A DNA stretch of 64,000 nt from Balanoglossus misakiensis (taxonomy: Eukaryota > Animalia > Hemichordata), in assembly GCA_040954595.2 (NCBI GenBank), contig CM082578.2, positions 13,360,304 through 13,424,303 of the forward strand. Direction: 5' to 3'. Under the pieces are notes generated by a model. It was not told where the DNA came from and searched no databases. It saw only the letters and a list, made by a program, of their open reading frames with translations. The first letter of the stretch is position 1; each line of letters begins with the position of its first letter. The position numbers were made by a program, and so were the translations under genes. Shown one piece after another: positions 13,591 to 28,653 of the stretch.

Positions 13591-16500
13591 CGCTTCATTT
13601 TCTTTTAATAACTTTAGTCTTCCTGACTTAACTGATTAATGTTCCCGCCTGTCGTTGAAGGGCACAGGTGAAATTTTCACACGCTACCCTATAAAAACCG
13701 TAACTTTTACAGCATTTCCGAGAGATTGAATGCAATAAATTGCCAGTTTCGTCCTCGGCGGCACCTTGTCTAGCACTGTCTTAATAAACACTAAAATGTA
13801 TTAGACCAGTGTATGCGTTTGGGTATTACAGGGCTAGTTAAACACTTTACACGTGTGGAGTTTAATACAAATTCAGCGTTTTCTCTTGTAACCTATTTGA
13901 ATTCTTTATTTTCAAGTCTTGGTGTACGTCCACTTCACATCTAACATTTTCATTTGAGTCCATCTAAAGTATTCACAACCTACCGACAGTGTCAATGTAT
14001 TCACGATGATTGATAGATTGTATGTCCATCATACTACCTGGCCTCAGGGACACTTAAGCACTATGCGGGCAATTCATCTTGCACCTTGTCTGCCCTATGC
14101 TCACATCTCATGCTTGAGTTGCAATGACATGTATGCACAGTCAGAAGAAAAAGAATTCTAAAGAAACGCATGACCTATCAAGGCTGATAAAGAAATCTTC
14201 TGTAACTTGAACTTTACTAGCATCTATACAGCAGTGTGCTAGAAGGCTATTTCTGCTTTGCAAAGGGTTAGTGAGATACCATACTTAAGCGACCATTGTA
14301 TACACAAAATTCATGGTCAAAAATTCAAAACAGAAATGACGTTGACATGATGCAAGATTTAGGCCTGCAGGCTAGTGTACTTGTAGTGATGTATATTTAC
14401 ATCGTTCGCCGAGTTTAAGCTGACAAAAATGTGTTTCAGTCAACTGACATCTCTGTTTCATTTCAGAAATCATGTACAACTGCTTATAAGCAAAGCAAGT
14501 TATCCTATGTTTAGATAAAGGGTGTTTTGCATATGCAAATTAATATATTGTCACTCAACAAGATAAAAGCAACAGCTCACGTCATCTTCTCTGTTAGTTT
14601 AATACCGCTCCGTATCGAAAAATCAATGTTCATGTATTATCTGCTGAAAAGGTTTTCATGTGCATAAGCTTACGAGTATCAAAGAGAATCCCATACACTG
14701 TGCAATCGACCGAAAATCGAAATTATACATGTATACACTCAAATCGTGCAGGTGGCGAAGCGTAATGGAGGGAAGCTATAAACGGTTTTGTTCTACACTG
14801 TGCAATTATGTCAATATTATGGCCCATTCTTCACTTCATAACCCCAAACCATCCTTTTCAAAAGCTCTCATAGCATACACAATGGACGATCACATCCAAT
14901 TGTTGAAGTCCCCATGTTTTTTAGGCGTTTCTGATTTATTTTTCATGTCGACACGACAGTATAATATAAGGAGCCTGCCTGAGATCAGCTCGACGCGATT
15001 GAGAGCATTGCCAGAGAATGCACGGATTACTATAGAAAGATGGCTGATGAAATGAAGTGCTATTCTTAATAAGAATGTAGAGTTAACGACATAGAAATGG
15101 GGATGACAAGAAATTCAACAATGTCTAGTTATACACTGTTACTGCTATCATTTGCGCCGTGAAAATTACATTTCTAAATACGTGTTTCTTACTTCAATTT
15201 GAAGAATCTACTCGAACTCGTACAATATCACTAACGATTGAAGAGTCCTTTTGTATCAAAATGATTTTTACACTAAGCCTGGTAGAGGGTCCCTGCAATT
15301 AACGAACATGCAGGTTAACACCACAAACGTGTCTATTCATGTCAGTCTATTAGTAAAAACAGTAAATATGTACTGGGTTCCAACCCATACAACTCTTCAT
15401 GTCAGTCATAATCTGTACACACAGTTTGAGTGCACCCTCAACAACTCCTTTACCTTATTTGATCTGGTAAAGTTCCTAATGCAAGAATTCTACAGTACTG
15501 CCTGTTTTATTTACAATGAATGTGTTCAAAACGATTGAACGTAGCCTAACAATCAGATTACTTGAATCTTCACGAGTCCAAAGGAATCATCTACAGTCAC
15601 ATTCAGATGCCTTAATTCTTAATTAATAACCTTTGCATGCAACTTCTGTCGTGGCAAAACTGTCCTTGTTATAATGTTACACTGACATTTATTGAAATTC
15701 TTTTCAAAAATGGAAATGCCTTCACCTCACCCTGGTGTGTGCCTCTCAAGTGAAACCCAACTGTCTCCACAATTGATGATCGATGGAAGAGTACATTCAA
15801 CCATCGAATTCTAACCAGGCTTAATTGATTGTCTGGACAAATGCGGAACAGTAATGTGACGTATCTACAAGAAAATGCAAAGTGTTCCAATTGATTATGG
15901 CAAATGTAAATGTGATGTAAATTTATGTTGTGTAATCTAAATCACTCAAGAAGCTGATACGTTTTCTACAATTGCAATATTCAAACAACTACATGGGCTT
16001 ACATAAGAGTATTTTGACAGATTTTTCAAAGATACTACACTCTTGCATAGATTCGAAGGCTGATAATGTCATGTTTTCTACAACTGTTACAAATCTCTGG
16101 GGCACAACCTATAAATTAAAAAAAATCACAGGTGAAATTACTAATACCACAGATAATTGCATATCATCTTTAGTGGGACTCTGCATACTGACCAAATAAG
16201 GAAAGTTATTGTACGCTTAAGCACCATGGGTTAGAGCAGTAGGTGTATAATATTAAATGTGTGCATCAATCAAGAGTATGAGGCTTTGCGCCAAGTTTTC
16301 GGCTCTAATATCAAAGGGAGAAAAATAATTAATTTTTGAGCCCGGAATATCGTTAGGCTGTATTCAATTTGAAAACTCAAAGAGATTACAGAAAAGCATA
16401 TGGCTAGTTGTATCTGAATGCAATGGGTCACAGTCTGCAGTAGGATATACCACACCGAAATATGTTGAATATACAATGGATTCTAATTGAGATGCTACTA

Positions 16501-19160
16501 ACCACACAGGTTCTTCAATCATCATGGTGGAAAATTGAATCTCAGCAAATGGGGCCTTACAGGCAGTTTAATTACTGCATATGCCTTATTTTATACTGCA
16601 TTATGTATTTTGACGGAAACCAGCCGCTGGGTTCAGAATGTGACACCTTTCACAGCAAAGTAATATGCTATACAACCCTCGAGTTAACTGCTATCAACTC
16701 CCCGTAGGCACGACTTGTACCTCGAGCCAGAAACTATGGGATAAGTTTCAATTCTGCACACACAAGTAATATATAAACATTAAAAACACAACACAATACC
16801 CCAGGTTGTCCTCCATATCCGTGTACCTGCACACATCCATTTAGAAGCCTTCAGTCTCAATATCAAAACATTGAATAAATGTTCGGTTCTCAAGGAAAAT
16901 ATATTATGAACAGCATGATCTCTTGCAATATTAAATAATGTGAGGAGGCATTATGAAAAAATAAGAAGAAAACAGTGTGTTAACCATCTTGCTTTCATGA
17001 AAATCACTACATCAATATTACATAGCGTTAACACAGAGAATGGCAACCATGCATGTTAAACTGTATACCGGCCCCAAATTGCTGTTCTAAAATTCAAGAG
17101 ACAATAATCCAAAGTTGCCTTCAGCAAAATGCAAGAAAACGTTTCAGTCGTTGATTTTGTGGGTGATTGAATATTTGGTACAGTGACATTAATTGACGTT
17201 AAAATCTTGTATATTGGACTTTCTAGGGATAATATCATTCCAATTATACCCCATAAACTACAATCATTTGCATCATGCTGGACTTTACCCTATGAGGATT
17301 AAAGGTGGATCAGATTTTAATTGACGGCAATATACAACAATTCCTGCAAAACTTATACTTCAACCTGAAATATTTGGGTCTGTTGCATAGCTGGGTAGAA
17401 AGTCGAGATTTTCTCATTTTGCACACCTTTAGTAGAATTTGCAAACATATGATTTGTGTCAATCCTCCCTCAGATAAATTCTTGTATTTGCATATATTAA
17501 GTTCCTAGTAGCAGTTATCATTTCAGGTGTGCAAAGGCAGACGGTTGCAAAAGCATATTTGCCATCTTCTATACTCAGGACCTAAGGATATTACCAACTT
17601 CTTGACCAGGTCCAATTATCTGGAACTAACACCTCTCACCACAACAATCATTGGTGGCTGTAAGTTCAAAATTATATCTGAACTGTAATCTAATATGACT
17701 TCAAGGTATACTATTGTCGCTCTTGCGCTAGGTATTATGGCAAGACGTCAACCATTTCACTGGTGAAATACATTTCATCCAATATCTTCATTGCAGTAAT
17801 CTACTGGAGTGGCCTTGGGGACTGCCTTGGGTAGGATTGCTCATAATGACTATGCAACGTCGATCTACCCCTTTAATTCTTTTCCAAGCTTGTTAACCAG
17901 GAATGTGAGACCCTTTTCACAATTTTAGTCTAGAATAACACTTCACTAATTTCAGTGACTGACGTCGTATGAAAGAAGTAAATTAAAAGTCCGCATCATG
18001 CAAAACCAAGATTCTCTTTTTTCATGGTCCATATCTTCAACCTACTACTTTAAACATTCCTCAGGGCAATAACAAATGTATATAACATGTTCGCCTAAAT
18101 AATAGAGATGTCCTTTGCTCATTGGCCTTGTGTACTGTTGGCTCAAACTCGTCAAACAACACATGGGCGTCCAATTGCAATTCTCAGCATTGTACAAAAT
18201 ATGACATAAATATAGGATGTGTTCAAAACGTTTCTGTCAATGGAGAAAGTAGGAAGGGAAACGAAAAGAAAAAATGACTGAAAAGCATTCATGTTTGGTA
18301 CCCAGTGTATAAAATGTGAAACCAATTGCATGTCTTCAGAAATTATGCTTTAAAATATTCATTCAAAATGAAGCAAAGGCAAAATAAACACACATTTCTG
18401 GTATCAGTAATAAACTGAAAAACCATATGGAAGGTTTCTCCACTTGATCGTGATGCAATATGCTTCAACTATCACTGAACATGTTGACCGGTTTCTAGAT
18501 GGGAAAGTCATCAAATCTATTTGTTAGTACGTATGGTCCCAATTGGCTTGCCATTGATTTGCGTGAAAGGAATATTCTTTCCATGATTGACAAGAGCACT
18601 CTAGGAGTAGTTGATCACGCAAGCTGCCTTGACTCTTTCCAACTGTCAATTGAGGTTACCATAGTATTCCGTATGGCACTTCTATTGACGTGTACAAGAA
18701 AATATCAACGTTTGCAGAATAAGAAACAACCATGTAATGACCCTCTCCGCCCTGCTTTGTTTCATCTGGGAACGAAACACAACTTTCAATTATCTATCAA
18801 TACGCAGATTTAAGAACCGGATGCTTCAGGTTGGTTTCACATCAAACCAAACGCATTGCGACTCCTTTAGCATTGCTATGTATGTGTTTTATATCAATAT
18901 TTAATGGGATAATACACAGGACACGTCAATCTTGGTGCTACATTGGATTACTATTGATGGAATATTAACACACGGCACAACATAATCAGCCATTCACTAG
19001 TCTGTCAATCATTTATTTAGTTAATAAAACATTAAGCATTTATGCATGGATATGTTATATGTTATGAACCTAGTCAGTCTTGTGTTAGAATACTGAAATG
19101 CAGTAAGGCCAAAAACTTGACCACCAGCATTGCTACATGTACATTTGTATGTCCAAAACA

Positions 19161-19242
19161 ATGTATGTATATTGTATGTATGTATGTATGTATGTACCGT
19201 ATGTATGTATGTATGTATGAATATGTATGTATGTATGTATGA

Positions 19243-19273
<31 letters not shown>

Positions 19274-19275
19274 TG

Positions 19276-19306
<31 letters not shown>

Positions 19307-19340
19307 GTATGTATGTATGCATGCATGTACGGTATGTACG
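19161..19340. repeat. Long interrupted (TATG)n microsatellite
   Basis: Direct observation; source of the low-complexity YIHT/MYVC ORFs at 19021-19343. Confidence 0.97.
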
Positions 19341-22300
19341 CATACTATAATGTTAACATGTAATTAACAGGCAGTGCAATAAAATTAGCTCTTTTTGTAA
19401 AAGAAATTAGATGCATAAAGTTTTTTTTCCACAGGAGCGTCACAAATGATAGTCTGATTGTCAAACCCTCGAACACAGCTGTAGACGTCGACAGGGAGAA
19501 ACATTGGACCGTTCTTTCAATTTTTTATTTCGTTAAGCAGGATAACGCATATTATAAATCTCGCGATAGTAATGTATTGCCGCTGTTACGAATAAATGGA
19601 ATTAGGCCTATGACGTAAAAGCTAATTTTTGGAAGAGCTTGGCTTCTGTAGTCTGTTTTTTTCCACGAATGGTTGTTTCGACCATTGTAATCTGTATAGA
19701 TCGTAGGTCCTACGGTAAATTTGAAATGCAAACATAGACATCGTTCGTCGGCTTCCTTTGTGCTTATCTAATTCATACTCACTGTCTGCGCAATCATTAC
19801 ATGTCGATGATTTTTGTGTTTTGTTTCGGGCGTTTCTTTTTCCTTTCCTGACCTAGCTGAAATATCGACGCCAAAGATCGATCGCCGCAACAGGGATGCT
19901 TTAATGCGAAACCGAAGTTTGTTCCCGCTGCAACAAACCTGTAAAGAAATGTAAGCGAGAACACCACTCTCTCTCTTTCCCGTTGGAAATCGGTAACAAT
20001 ATCTGCACCGGTCAACAAGAAGGCTTCATCGCGCTTAGGTAATCTGCCGATATACCCCTTAGGTGCCTTCACACGCATGGCATCTCCCTTGAAATCAAGG
20101 ATCTAGCCAAAGGCAATCATTATAACGAGCGCATAAAACAAATATTAAGGGTACATAATGCGAGGTACTGAGGAAAGTCGGGTCCTCGGTGTACTCTTAA
20201 TTATACTTTCCCTGAAGCAGATTGCACAGATACGCGTTCACGTATAGTTATAATTGCACGGGTAAGAAATTAGGACACCCGTGTACTGTGTGTGGTAGTG
20301 CTTCATCATCAGTCAGCAGATTATGGCTATGCCATGTGAAACTAGGGACTCCAAAGTCTGCTTCATTATCTACATGATCCAGCATGATATTTTTATGTCT
20401 ACGAAGAATATCGACTCCACCGGAAAAGAACGCATTTCTGCTGAAGGTGCAGTTGCATTGTACGTATTGTATGCTTCCTCCACATGATCCGGAAATGTCA
20501 GATTTTGTGTCATTTTGCCTCTAGACCCAGACTGAAAAGACGGCACTGTCTTAAATACATATTCCCGTTTCCTGCGGCTCACTTTACACTACTGCTGCTA
20601 ATAGGTGTTTGTCAGAGAAATGTAGGCTTTCACTGTGACGTCAACAATCATCGACACCATAGAGGGGAATGGTTTCCCAGGAAGTACATAACATGCACCA
20701 GACTGTGTTTCATCCAGTTTTACATGGCGTTAAAATACATGTACAAGTATATAAAAGATTCGTTGGAAATATCTTTCTAAGAACGCGCGTGTCAAGGGTA
20801 ACAAAACTGCGCGGGTAAACAAAGATGTGACTGACAGGCTCACCCTCATCTGCGACTCTGGATAATATAAAACATATAACAAACATGTTAATTGTAAACG
20901 AGGTATTGTGTATCAAATCTAGGCGATAAGTGCTTCTTAAATCATCAGCTCTGTTATCATCAGAGGAAATATAATGTTGGACTTTGCGTTGATCGTTGAG
21001 CGTCCCTCGTCAAACCGAAAGCTCAGTGTTAACATATTCCATAATGAATGCCTGGGAGGCGCGGTCGACAATTCTTGGAAACATAAAACAAAAATAATCG
21101 CAATCGTCACACTTTGTTGCCGCAAATGATCAGTAACTAGGTCTACAAACGATGCCAATCAAGTGAATGTGTCGTTTACAAATGTGGAAGATTATCTCAT
21201 GATTTTCAAACATTCTTTCATACTATTAAGCGTCTTCTTTGCATATGATTCTGCATTTTACTGAAATCAATCAGCATGTATCACAGATCTATAATTTACA
21301 TCCACCAAACTAAACTAAATTAGCAAATTCGATATTGAAAAGATTACCACGGGCGCTTGTTTCAAGCTTAATCTGCAATACCATAAGGTAGATATTTTCA
21401 AATTCTCGTGTTTTCAAAAGTACCCTTTCTCTGAATTTGAAATATTACTCTGATTGCAATTAAAAAACAATACCTTTGTACCTTATATAGGCATCATACC
21501 TTTGTGCCTAAAAATAACGTTCAATTGAATGTGTTTCTCTCAACAACCATTTTGAAAAGCAAATCCATGCTCTTAAATATGTTCCAAAGTCAGGCAAGCT
21601 GGCAGCCGGGAGATTGTGTTAACCCTGATTTCTACGTAGATATCAACACTGTAACTGGGGCCTGGCATTCTCCTACAGGCGCTGAGGGTAGGTTCGTTGA
21701 TAATGCCATAGACTTTTTCATGGAAACTATGCTGTTACTGTAATGCGATGTGCAAGCGAAATGGGATATATTGGTAAGTGATATTGGCCCAAGCTTTTCT
21801 TCTTACTCCATTTAACTGAATTGAATAAAGCAATCCTCTTTTCCAACAAGATTTCATTTACTCAAATCTGACCTTAGCGTCCTATCTGATCTTCTCCAGT
21901 GGCACATGCTTTCATTCAATCGCACATTTCCCATCTTGCCGACCCAGAATCCATTGTGATATATCCTAATGCACTCGTCTGACATCATTCAGAAAACTAA
22001 AACTACCTTAGCGGTCGATTATTGCATTAGCCGTGGAAATATAATGACTGAAGGTTTGGAGTTTAAAGAGAACGGTGTACGTATGGTTTATGCTGCCGTA
22101 GATCCAAAATGGGGCACCGAAATTAAATATCAAGAAGGGATATACTGCAAGATGTACAGTATAGACTCAGGCAACTGTAATAGTGTTTATAGAAGCAAGT
22201 GATAAATAACAAAACCACATATTTTTCAAGGGTACGGTTTATAGAAGAATAGACATTACAGTTGAGATTACAGCTCAGTTCGCCTATGATCAATCCCAAG

Positions 22301-24125
22301 TCGCTTTCACATTATATTCGTAGGCATATTGCTTGGCAAATTTGAAGGCTGGCTGTTGTCAAAATGTATGCCTTTAAGAAAAATATTTTCCTTGTTTTCT
22401 CACATTATAAAAATCTTAATTTTTGTTCTAATTGCATTTCCTATGGATTCAACAAAGTATCATGCCAATTTGACTACTAATAACTTTCTGACACACAGTG
22501 AGAATTCAAGACCATAATAACCTACTTCAAAATGGTTCATTCCATGAAACAGGAAAGTGAAAAAAATAGAAAATGTGGAACACTGAGATAAATCACGTTC
22601 ACGTTTATAAGGCGATATGTTTATAATGTTAACATTCCAATCAGAAATAAATGTACAAGTGTACCCGGTATAACAGCTCCATATTTTTAAAAAGTCAATG
22701 CATGTTTGTGAAATAAAATCCTGACTCATGAAACTGATATTTAAATAAACATTCATGCTTTGACATTACAAGGTATGTGTCACAGTCTAAATGAAAATTT
22801 TACGGTCACATGCACTCGATTGTAAATTTGGTAAAAGCTGAAGCATAATATTCTTTGTTACAAAATACTTTCACCATTAAGACCCAACCACTTTCCCTCG
22901 AAATTTTCCTTTTTAAAATGTTGGTCATTCAACTTTAAAATCAAGCACAACCGCAGTGGAAAATAACATTACTTAGTTTCATGTCAGTGTTTTTTAATTT
23001 CTGTTCTGACATACGCAGCTCCAAACCCCATTATGCTTTTCGAATCTTGTAACACACAATTGATTCCTTATGAATTGTCGCCAGATATTCCCTGATGCCA
23101 TCCATGCATACACATTGTACGTGCAACTGGTAATTTTTATCGAGATGTGATGAATGGGTGATTTTTTTGAATCGTTATGTGGACTGCGCATGAATAGACC
23201 ACAACTGGTTAGTTTGTTCCAGTAAACTGCCGCAGAACGATAGTCGATGGCTTGTTTGAATGCGATCTGTCACTGCTTCATTTGCGTCTAATGACAGAGT
23301 ACAGCAAAAATAGGAACGCCGAATCTTTCATGATCACAAATTAAACAGCCACTGTATGAAGCTAAATAGCAGTGAATTCGCTGCAGTTGAATAACGGGGC
23401 AAATTGCGAGCATTTCTGTTACCACAAGAGGCTTCAGTATGAATGTGCTGTAATGTTGCAAGCCGGGAAATCCGTTGCGCTATCAGCATATGTTCAGAAA
23501 CAACAACAAAGAAGCGACTCGTATAAGTGCCGTAAAAGGTTATGTGATTGTTAACATTAGCTCGTATGAATACACATATTAGTCTTTACAGCAACACACA
23601 TGGACAGTGGAAATTGTCTGATGTCATTTCTACGGCAGCATATCATGCCAGAGACCATGCTATTCTGTACGTCGAAAGCATTTCTGTGCAGGTGGACGTC
23701 TACCATGTTTTTCCATGTAAATGGCGCGGCGCTGCCTTAAGCGCAGAAAGCGAGCACTGCTTAAAGGTACAATAACCGCGCGCACCTGTGATTTTTAACG
23801 TCCACGGTATAAGTTAATGAAAGCTATTACTTACCAGAGATTCGTCGATGGCATCACCGTGGATATGTGAAGTTGTTCATTCACACTAGGTTAAGTTTGA
23901 CGTTCTTCAAAAACTACAACGTTGTACAAACAGAGTTTCTTCTCATTGTAACACAGATACTCTAAACAAACAGTTATGTACATTTGAGTTTCTTTCATTT
24001 AAAGTCTTCCAGTTAATGTTCTTCGGGCGATAAAATGAGTTACTTTAGCAATGCTGTGCAACTGAATAAATATATGTCCACACAAACACACGCACACACA
24101 CACTGAACAGTGATTTCGTCATGTT

Positions 24126-25148
24126 TTATAGATGAGTCTGCTTGGTCTCTCTACAACTCAAGCTGGTCTCCAGGCCTGCATTTGTGGTATCTCCCTGGCC
24201 GATTCTTGTAGCCCCCTGTGGTCCACAAATGCCGGGGATTATACAGAAACAGCTGAACGCCTTGCGGAAAGCTTTTCTGTAAGTTGTACTCATGATTGTA
24301 TATATCAGCGGGTTGACGGATGAATTCACCTCGAGGAAATACAGGCTGACGTTGTTGGAGCAGCCGACATCAAAGCCGCTCAAGTGAATGCTCGGGTGGC
24401 GGAGTTGAATAACGACAACGATAGCGTGCAGTACTGTAGGGAGCGTGCAGAGAAAATAGACAAGGGCCGTGGATAGACACACTCGAACAATTTGCTTCTC
24501 TTTGTTGCGAACAGCCCGCGATGATTTTCTGACCTGCTTAATTATAAGTATATAGATTATCAATACAATCAGCATTAGCGAGAAAACTGTGGTAATAAAC
24601 ATAACCTGTCCGATGAGCAACCGATCGCCATCGAGCGCCACGCAATCAACAAAGGCCTCTATGCTTATGGCAACAGATGCTACCCATAACGATGCAATCA
24701 TTACTGCCACGAAAGTTTTCTTGTGGATGATGCCATCCCTGTAGATAAGCGGTCGGCAAAGAGCCATGAATCGTTCTATACTGAGTACGGTCACGGTGAA
24801 CATTGACACGTATTGGCTGATTCTAGTGAGAAGCATCAGGGAGCAAAGCAAAGGTCCCTCGCTTGGAAGATAGAGTCCGGAGAGGTATACAAACCATAAC
24901 AAGGCGTGGATGAACAAGTGCAGTAGATCGGCCATGGCAAGATTGACAAGGTAAGCATTTGGGATGATCCTCATGGAAGGGACTCGAGACACCACAAACA
25001 TGAAGGCTAGATTACCCAGTATACCGAGTACGCAAATAACAAGTCCGATGCTGTGTTGAACTTTAAGATCGAGAACGCAATTGCCGGCACCCGTGGTGTT
25101 GCGTTCCTGCTGGACGAATCCTGATTGATTTACGCCTTCATTCTCCAT
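24126..25148 (-). CDS. Rhodopsin-like class A GPCR, single coding exon, 340 aa (orphan, peptide-receptor-like; paralog 1)
   Basis: Seven hydrophobic segments with GN (TM1), NLAMAD (TM2), SIERF (DRY equivalent), W in TM4, CTLP (CWxP variant) and NPLIY (TM7), followed by a YRKAF helix 8; N-terminal sequons NQS and NTT. Confidence 0.96.
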   Translation of the reverse strand: MENEGVNQSGFVQQERNTTGAGNCVLDLKVQHSIGLVICVLGILGNLAFMFVVSRVPSMRIIPNAYLVNLAMADLLHLFIHALLWFVYLSGLYLPSEGPLLCSLMLLTRISQYVSMFTVTVLSIERFMALCRPLIYRDGIIHKKTFVAVMIASLWVASVAISIEAFVDCVALDGDRLLIGQVMFITTVFSLMLIVLIIYILIIKQVRKSSRAVRNKEKQIVRVCLSTALVYFLCTLPTVLHAIVVVIQLRHPSIHLSGFDVGCSNNVSLYFLEVNSSVNPLIYTIMSTTYRKAFRKAFSCFCIIPGICGPQGATRIGQGDTTNAGLETSLSCRETKQTHL

Positions 25149-28100
25149 TGCACTTGATTCCGGTGGTTTTCCCTGTCAACAGTCTACTTCTAATCAGTAT
25201 CTGTGCCACGCGGGCTGAAACACTGACGTACCGCACGAAGAAGACTTCAGAATGAGTGCTGCCCGACTATCCTGTTCTATTGAAATATCGACAACCGGTC
25301 CCAAAAATCTTCATTCAAATGGTGCCACGGCAGACTGCATCTCCGCTCTTCACGAACTTGGATGACGCGCTGTTATCGTATGGTTGCCGTGGTTTTCCTC
25401 TATTTATTACCACTCGATCTCCTACTCACCGGGGGTGTGTTGCTATGCCCAGACCTACGCCTGGGATGCCATTAATATCTATTAGGCAGCGTCGATGGCA
25501 ATCACTACTTCAAGGCAAAGCCGTCTAGCGGAGCAAACGCTGTCTTGCTGTGGAAAGATGAAGTCTACAAATGTCACAGACTCGTTTTACTCACTCTCTG
25601 TGGCTCCGGTTAGAAACAGTGTACTTGCCGCTAAATGGATGACTCCGATTCCAACTGTGGCTTTACAATAACCGTCTGCCTCATGGCGTTGAAAATGTAT
25701 AGATTAAACCTGACTCGAAAGGAAATATGCATGCCTGATCATTTTAGATTGCCATTCCTATTTTGAAGAACGCCCTCTGTCGATATCTGGAACGCAGTGA
25801 TTATTTTATGATGATTTAATTTTCATTTTGAATCTGACATTCATCATGATGTGACTAATCATTTGACACAAGCTGTGCGGGATTTATCGATCAAGACAAT
25901 TTAAACAACAGAGAATACATAATACTCTTGATCTGGTTTATTTACAATTTGGAATAACACTGATGTAACCATACCCATGGTATACCAACTGCTAGACGCG
26001 TATTTATTTCATAGACGCAAAGATCACGATGGATTGGTTTATCAAGATCACGTTACGGTTTCTCTGTGCCTATGGTTTTCTGTCTCAGTTGCGTGGTGTC
26101 TAATCTATAGATTGTATATCGTGAATCAAGACACAGGAATATATAATTGATAATATATATTTCTGTGTTATTGGAAAGTGATACATGTATGTATCTATAA
26201 TCAACATTGCAAAACTGGACAGCATGGTTCTACTATTCTACTATTCCTGACACGTCATTGAGTGATGACACACAATGCCAGCACATTCACAAAGTATAGA
26301 AATGGCAGATGGCAAGTTGTCCTTGTGCCAGCGCTGGGTTGGCTCTCAAGCCGTTGCGATTATTAGGAATTTCCATGATTCCATGCAGTCAAATAGTCAA
26401 TAACAGTACATGCACAAGTCAGATTTATATTGCCGGCAGTGCTGTATTTTCTATTCCAGTACACCTGTAGCTTTTTAGTCATGATAGTTTTAAAGTGTGC
26501 TGATTAAAAGGCGAGTAAAAGTGGCTGGCTATGTTTATTTAAAAGAACACAAATCAACCGGTAAATCTATCTGTAATCCCCAAACAGAAATCTGATCAAG
26601 ATTCACCCCTCTTTACCGATACTTCCATTGAAATGAAAAAGAAGTCTGCTGTAGCACTAATGCGTTGTTTGATACGATGGGTTTCGAGTTGCTAATCTAG
26701 TGAATACAAATTACCTTATTTGCTGATCCTTGTTTTACATTTACGTCATCATATCAATCTGTAAAACCACTTCTTATCGGTTTTAATCTGAGTGGCGTTG
26801 TTATCGACAATCTTGATTGTTGTATTTCTCCGCCAAGCGAATAATACGCTTATTATAATGCGCACGTGTGTTTCAAGATGCGCTTTCTGCCAAGATTGAA
26901 AGATTACCTTGCAGTACAAAGGATATGAACTTGCAACGTTGAATATTCAATAGTCTTCTTGTACGGAAGCAAGAAACGTCATAGAAACCCTATTTTTCTC
27001 GTTCAGACAACATTGTTGCGTCGCAATTTTATAATATTGCCAACAAGAACAATGTGTTGTTGCAAAAGAATGAAGCACATCAAATTACAACACGAAATTC
27101 ACCTTTGACATACGAAAACGGACAAAATGTATCTAAATAGTGTCGAAACTAATTCAATCCACAATTCACATAATCTAATGATAGCTTTCCGAAAGCATGC
27201 ATTTCAGGTTCTCGCTATAAAATAACCATGGTCTTTTGTCACAGGCATTGGTAAATATAATTCATCTTATCATCCATCAGGTTTTCTGAAATCGTTAAAA
27301 GGTTTTCTAATTTACACAATCCCGCGCAATGGCGCTAATGTTAGTTTTGCTCAAGTGTGATGTACGGGTAACTGTACAAACAGCACCGAGAAAAACACCA
27401 CAGATTGAGTTAAGAATACATTCAAATAGACTTCGATCGTCGTTGAATTGGCTATGGTGTTGATTTTATTGTCCGAAACAGATTGCCGAGTCATTACTTG
27501 AAACTTAATGGGTCGATGTTGCTCGGTAAATTTAACTGGCCCACAAGCAGATTTTTGAAAAGCTCCTTTATGTTAGTGGAAATCGATCTATGAAAGTTGA
27601 AGAATACGCCCATTAGCGAGTGGTTCTGTGTGCATGTTGAGGAAAACACGGTAGAAATTTCAATTCAAGAAGCAATTCCTGATCCATGGAATCTTGAGGG
27701 CTCCGCGGAATGAAGATTTGCTTCTGGCGATTTGAAAATTGTCAAAAGTGGTGTCAATTTAACATGTAGTTACTAAACTCACCGTTTTCATGTTCACACG
27801 AAACTGCGTTCAATTGATCATCGCGTGTCCCCTTTCCACTTTCGGCATATGCACACCACAACATCGATATCATTAAGTTTACTAATGTTGCCCTATAAAT
27901 ACTGTTTAATTAATCTTTAAACCGCAGAGTGGTATATCAGTAACCTAAGATCTGATTCAAAGGACCCCTTAGATTTCACGAAGAGAGGGTTTTTGATCAT
28001 TGCTTGCTATTTATGGTGCATGTCTGATATTAGTCATTTAACATTGTCAATGGATATCAAGTCATGAGTGAGAGGCCACCCAGATAATCTCATCTAATTG

Positions 28101-28653
28101 CCGCCATGGCCTATGTCGATTAGAAGCCAAGAACAAACAATTAACACAAGGATGGTGTTTCATGTTTGCCGACAAGGTGCATAAATTATGTTTATTGGTT
28201 TCAAGCGGTTCTGTTCAGGTAGAAATCTGAATGAGTGAAATATATTGACGTTTAGCTAGAAGTATACATTTTGTTGGTGTTGATTGGAAATATTCTAGAT
28301 ATTGTTATTCGTCACGGAGACTGTCTCAACATCAACTTGCTTTCTGATCTGTAGTCTCTGATTGTGCCTGCAAAGGTTTATTGATGGCGAGAAACCGCAT
28401 GTTTGGTTTACAAAGCAAGCAATACAACTACAAAATGACCATTCGTTCTATGACAAGCAGCGTACTGCACATATCTTATCTCGTAACGATGCCTCTCATT
28501 TCCGATAGCATGTCTCTGTAACGGACGTCGTACATTTTATTGTTATAGCTCTTATTGTGATCATACATGGAGTATTGCACTGCCGTCTCTGCCTCAGGCA
28601 AAAGGGTTCTGCTTGTGATTAAAATGATCGCCCTTGAGTGTGACTGAGAGACG

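Noticed and set aside
13745-13830. cgtcctcggcgg resembling the P3/L3 of an HDV-like ribozyme
   Set aside because: No convincing P1 partner, no P1.1 GG and no J4/2-P2 closure.
15251-15538. VNMYWVPTH resembling the retroelement RNase H WVPxH motif
   Set aside because: It lacks the following GNE and other catalytic motifs, and lies on the opposite strand from the nearby RT-like words; probably chance.
19021-19343. ORFs with YIHT/MYVC repeats
   Set aside because: They are translations of the (TATG)n microsatellite.
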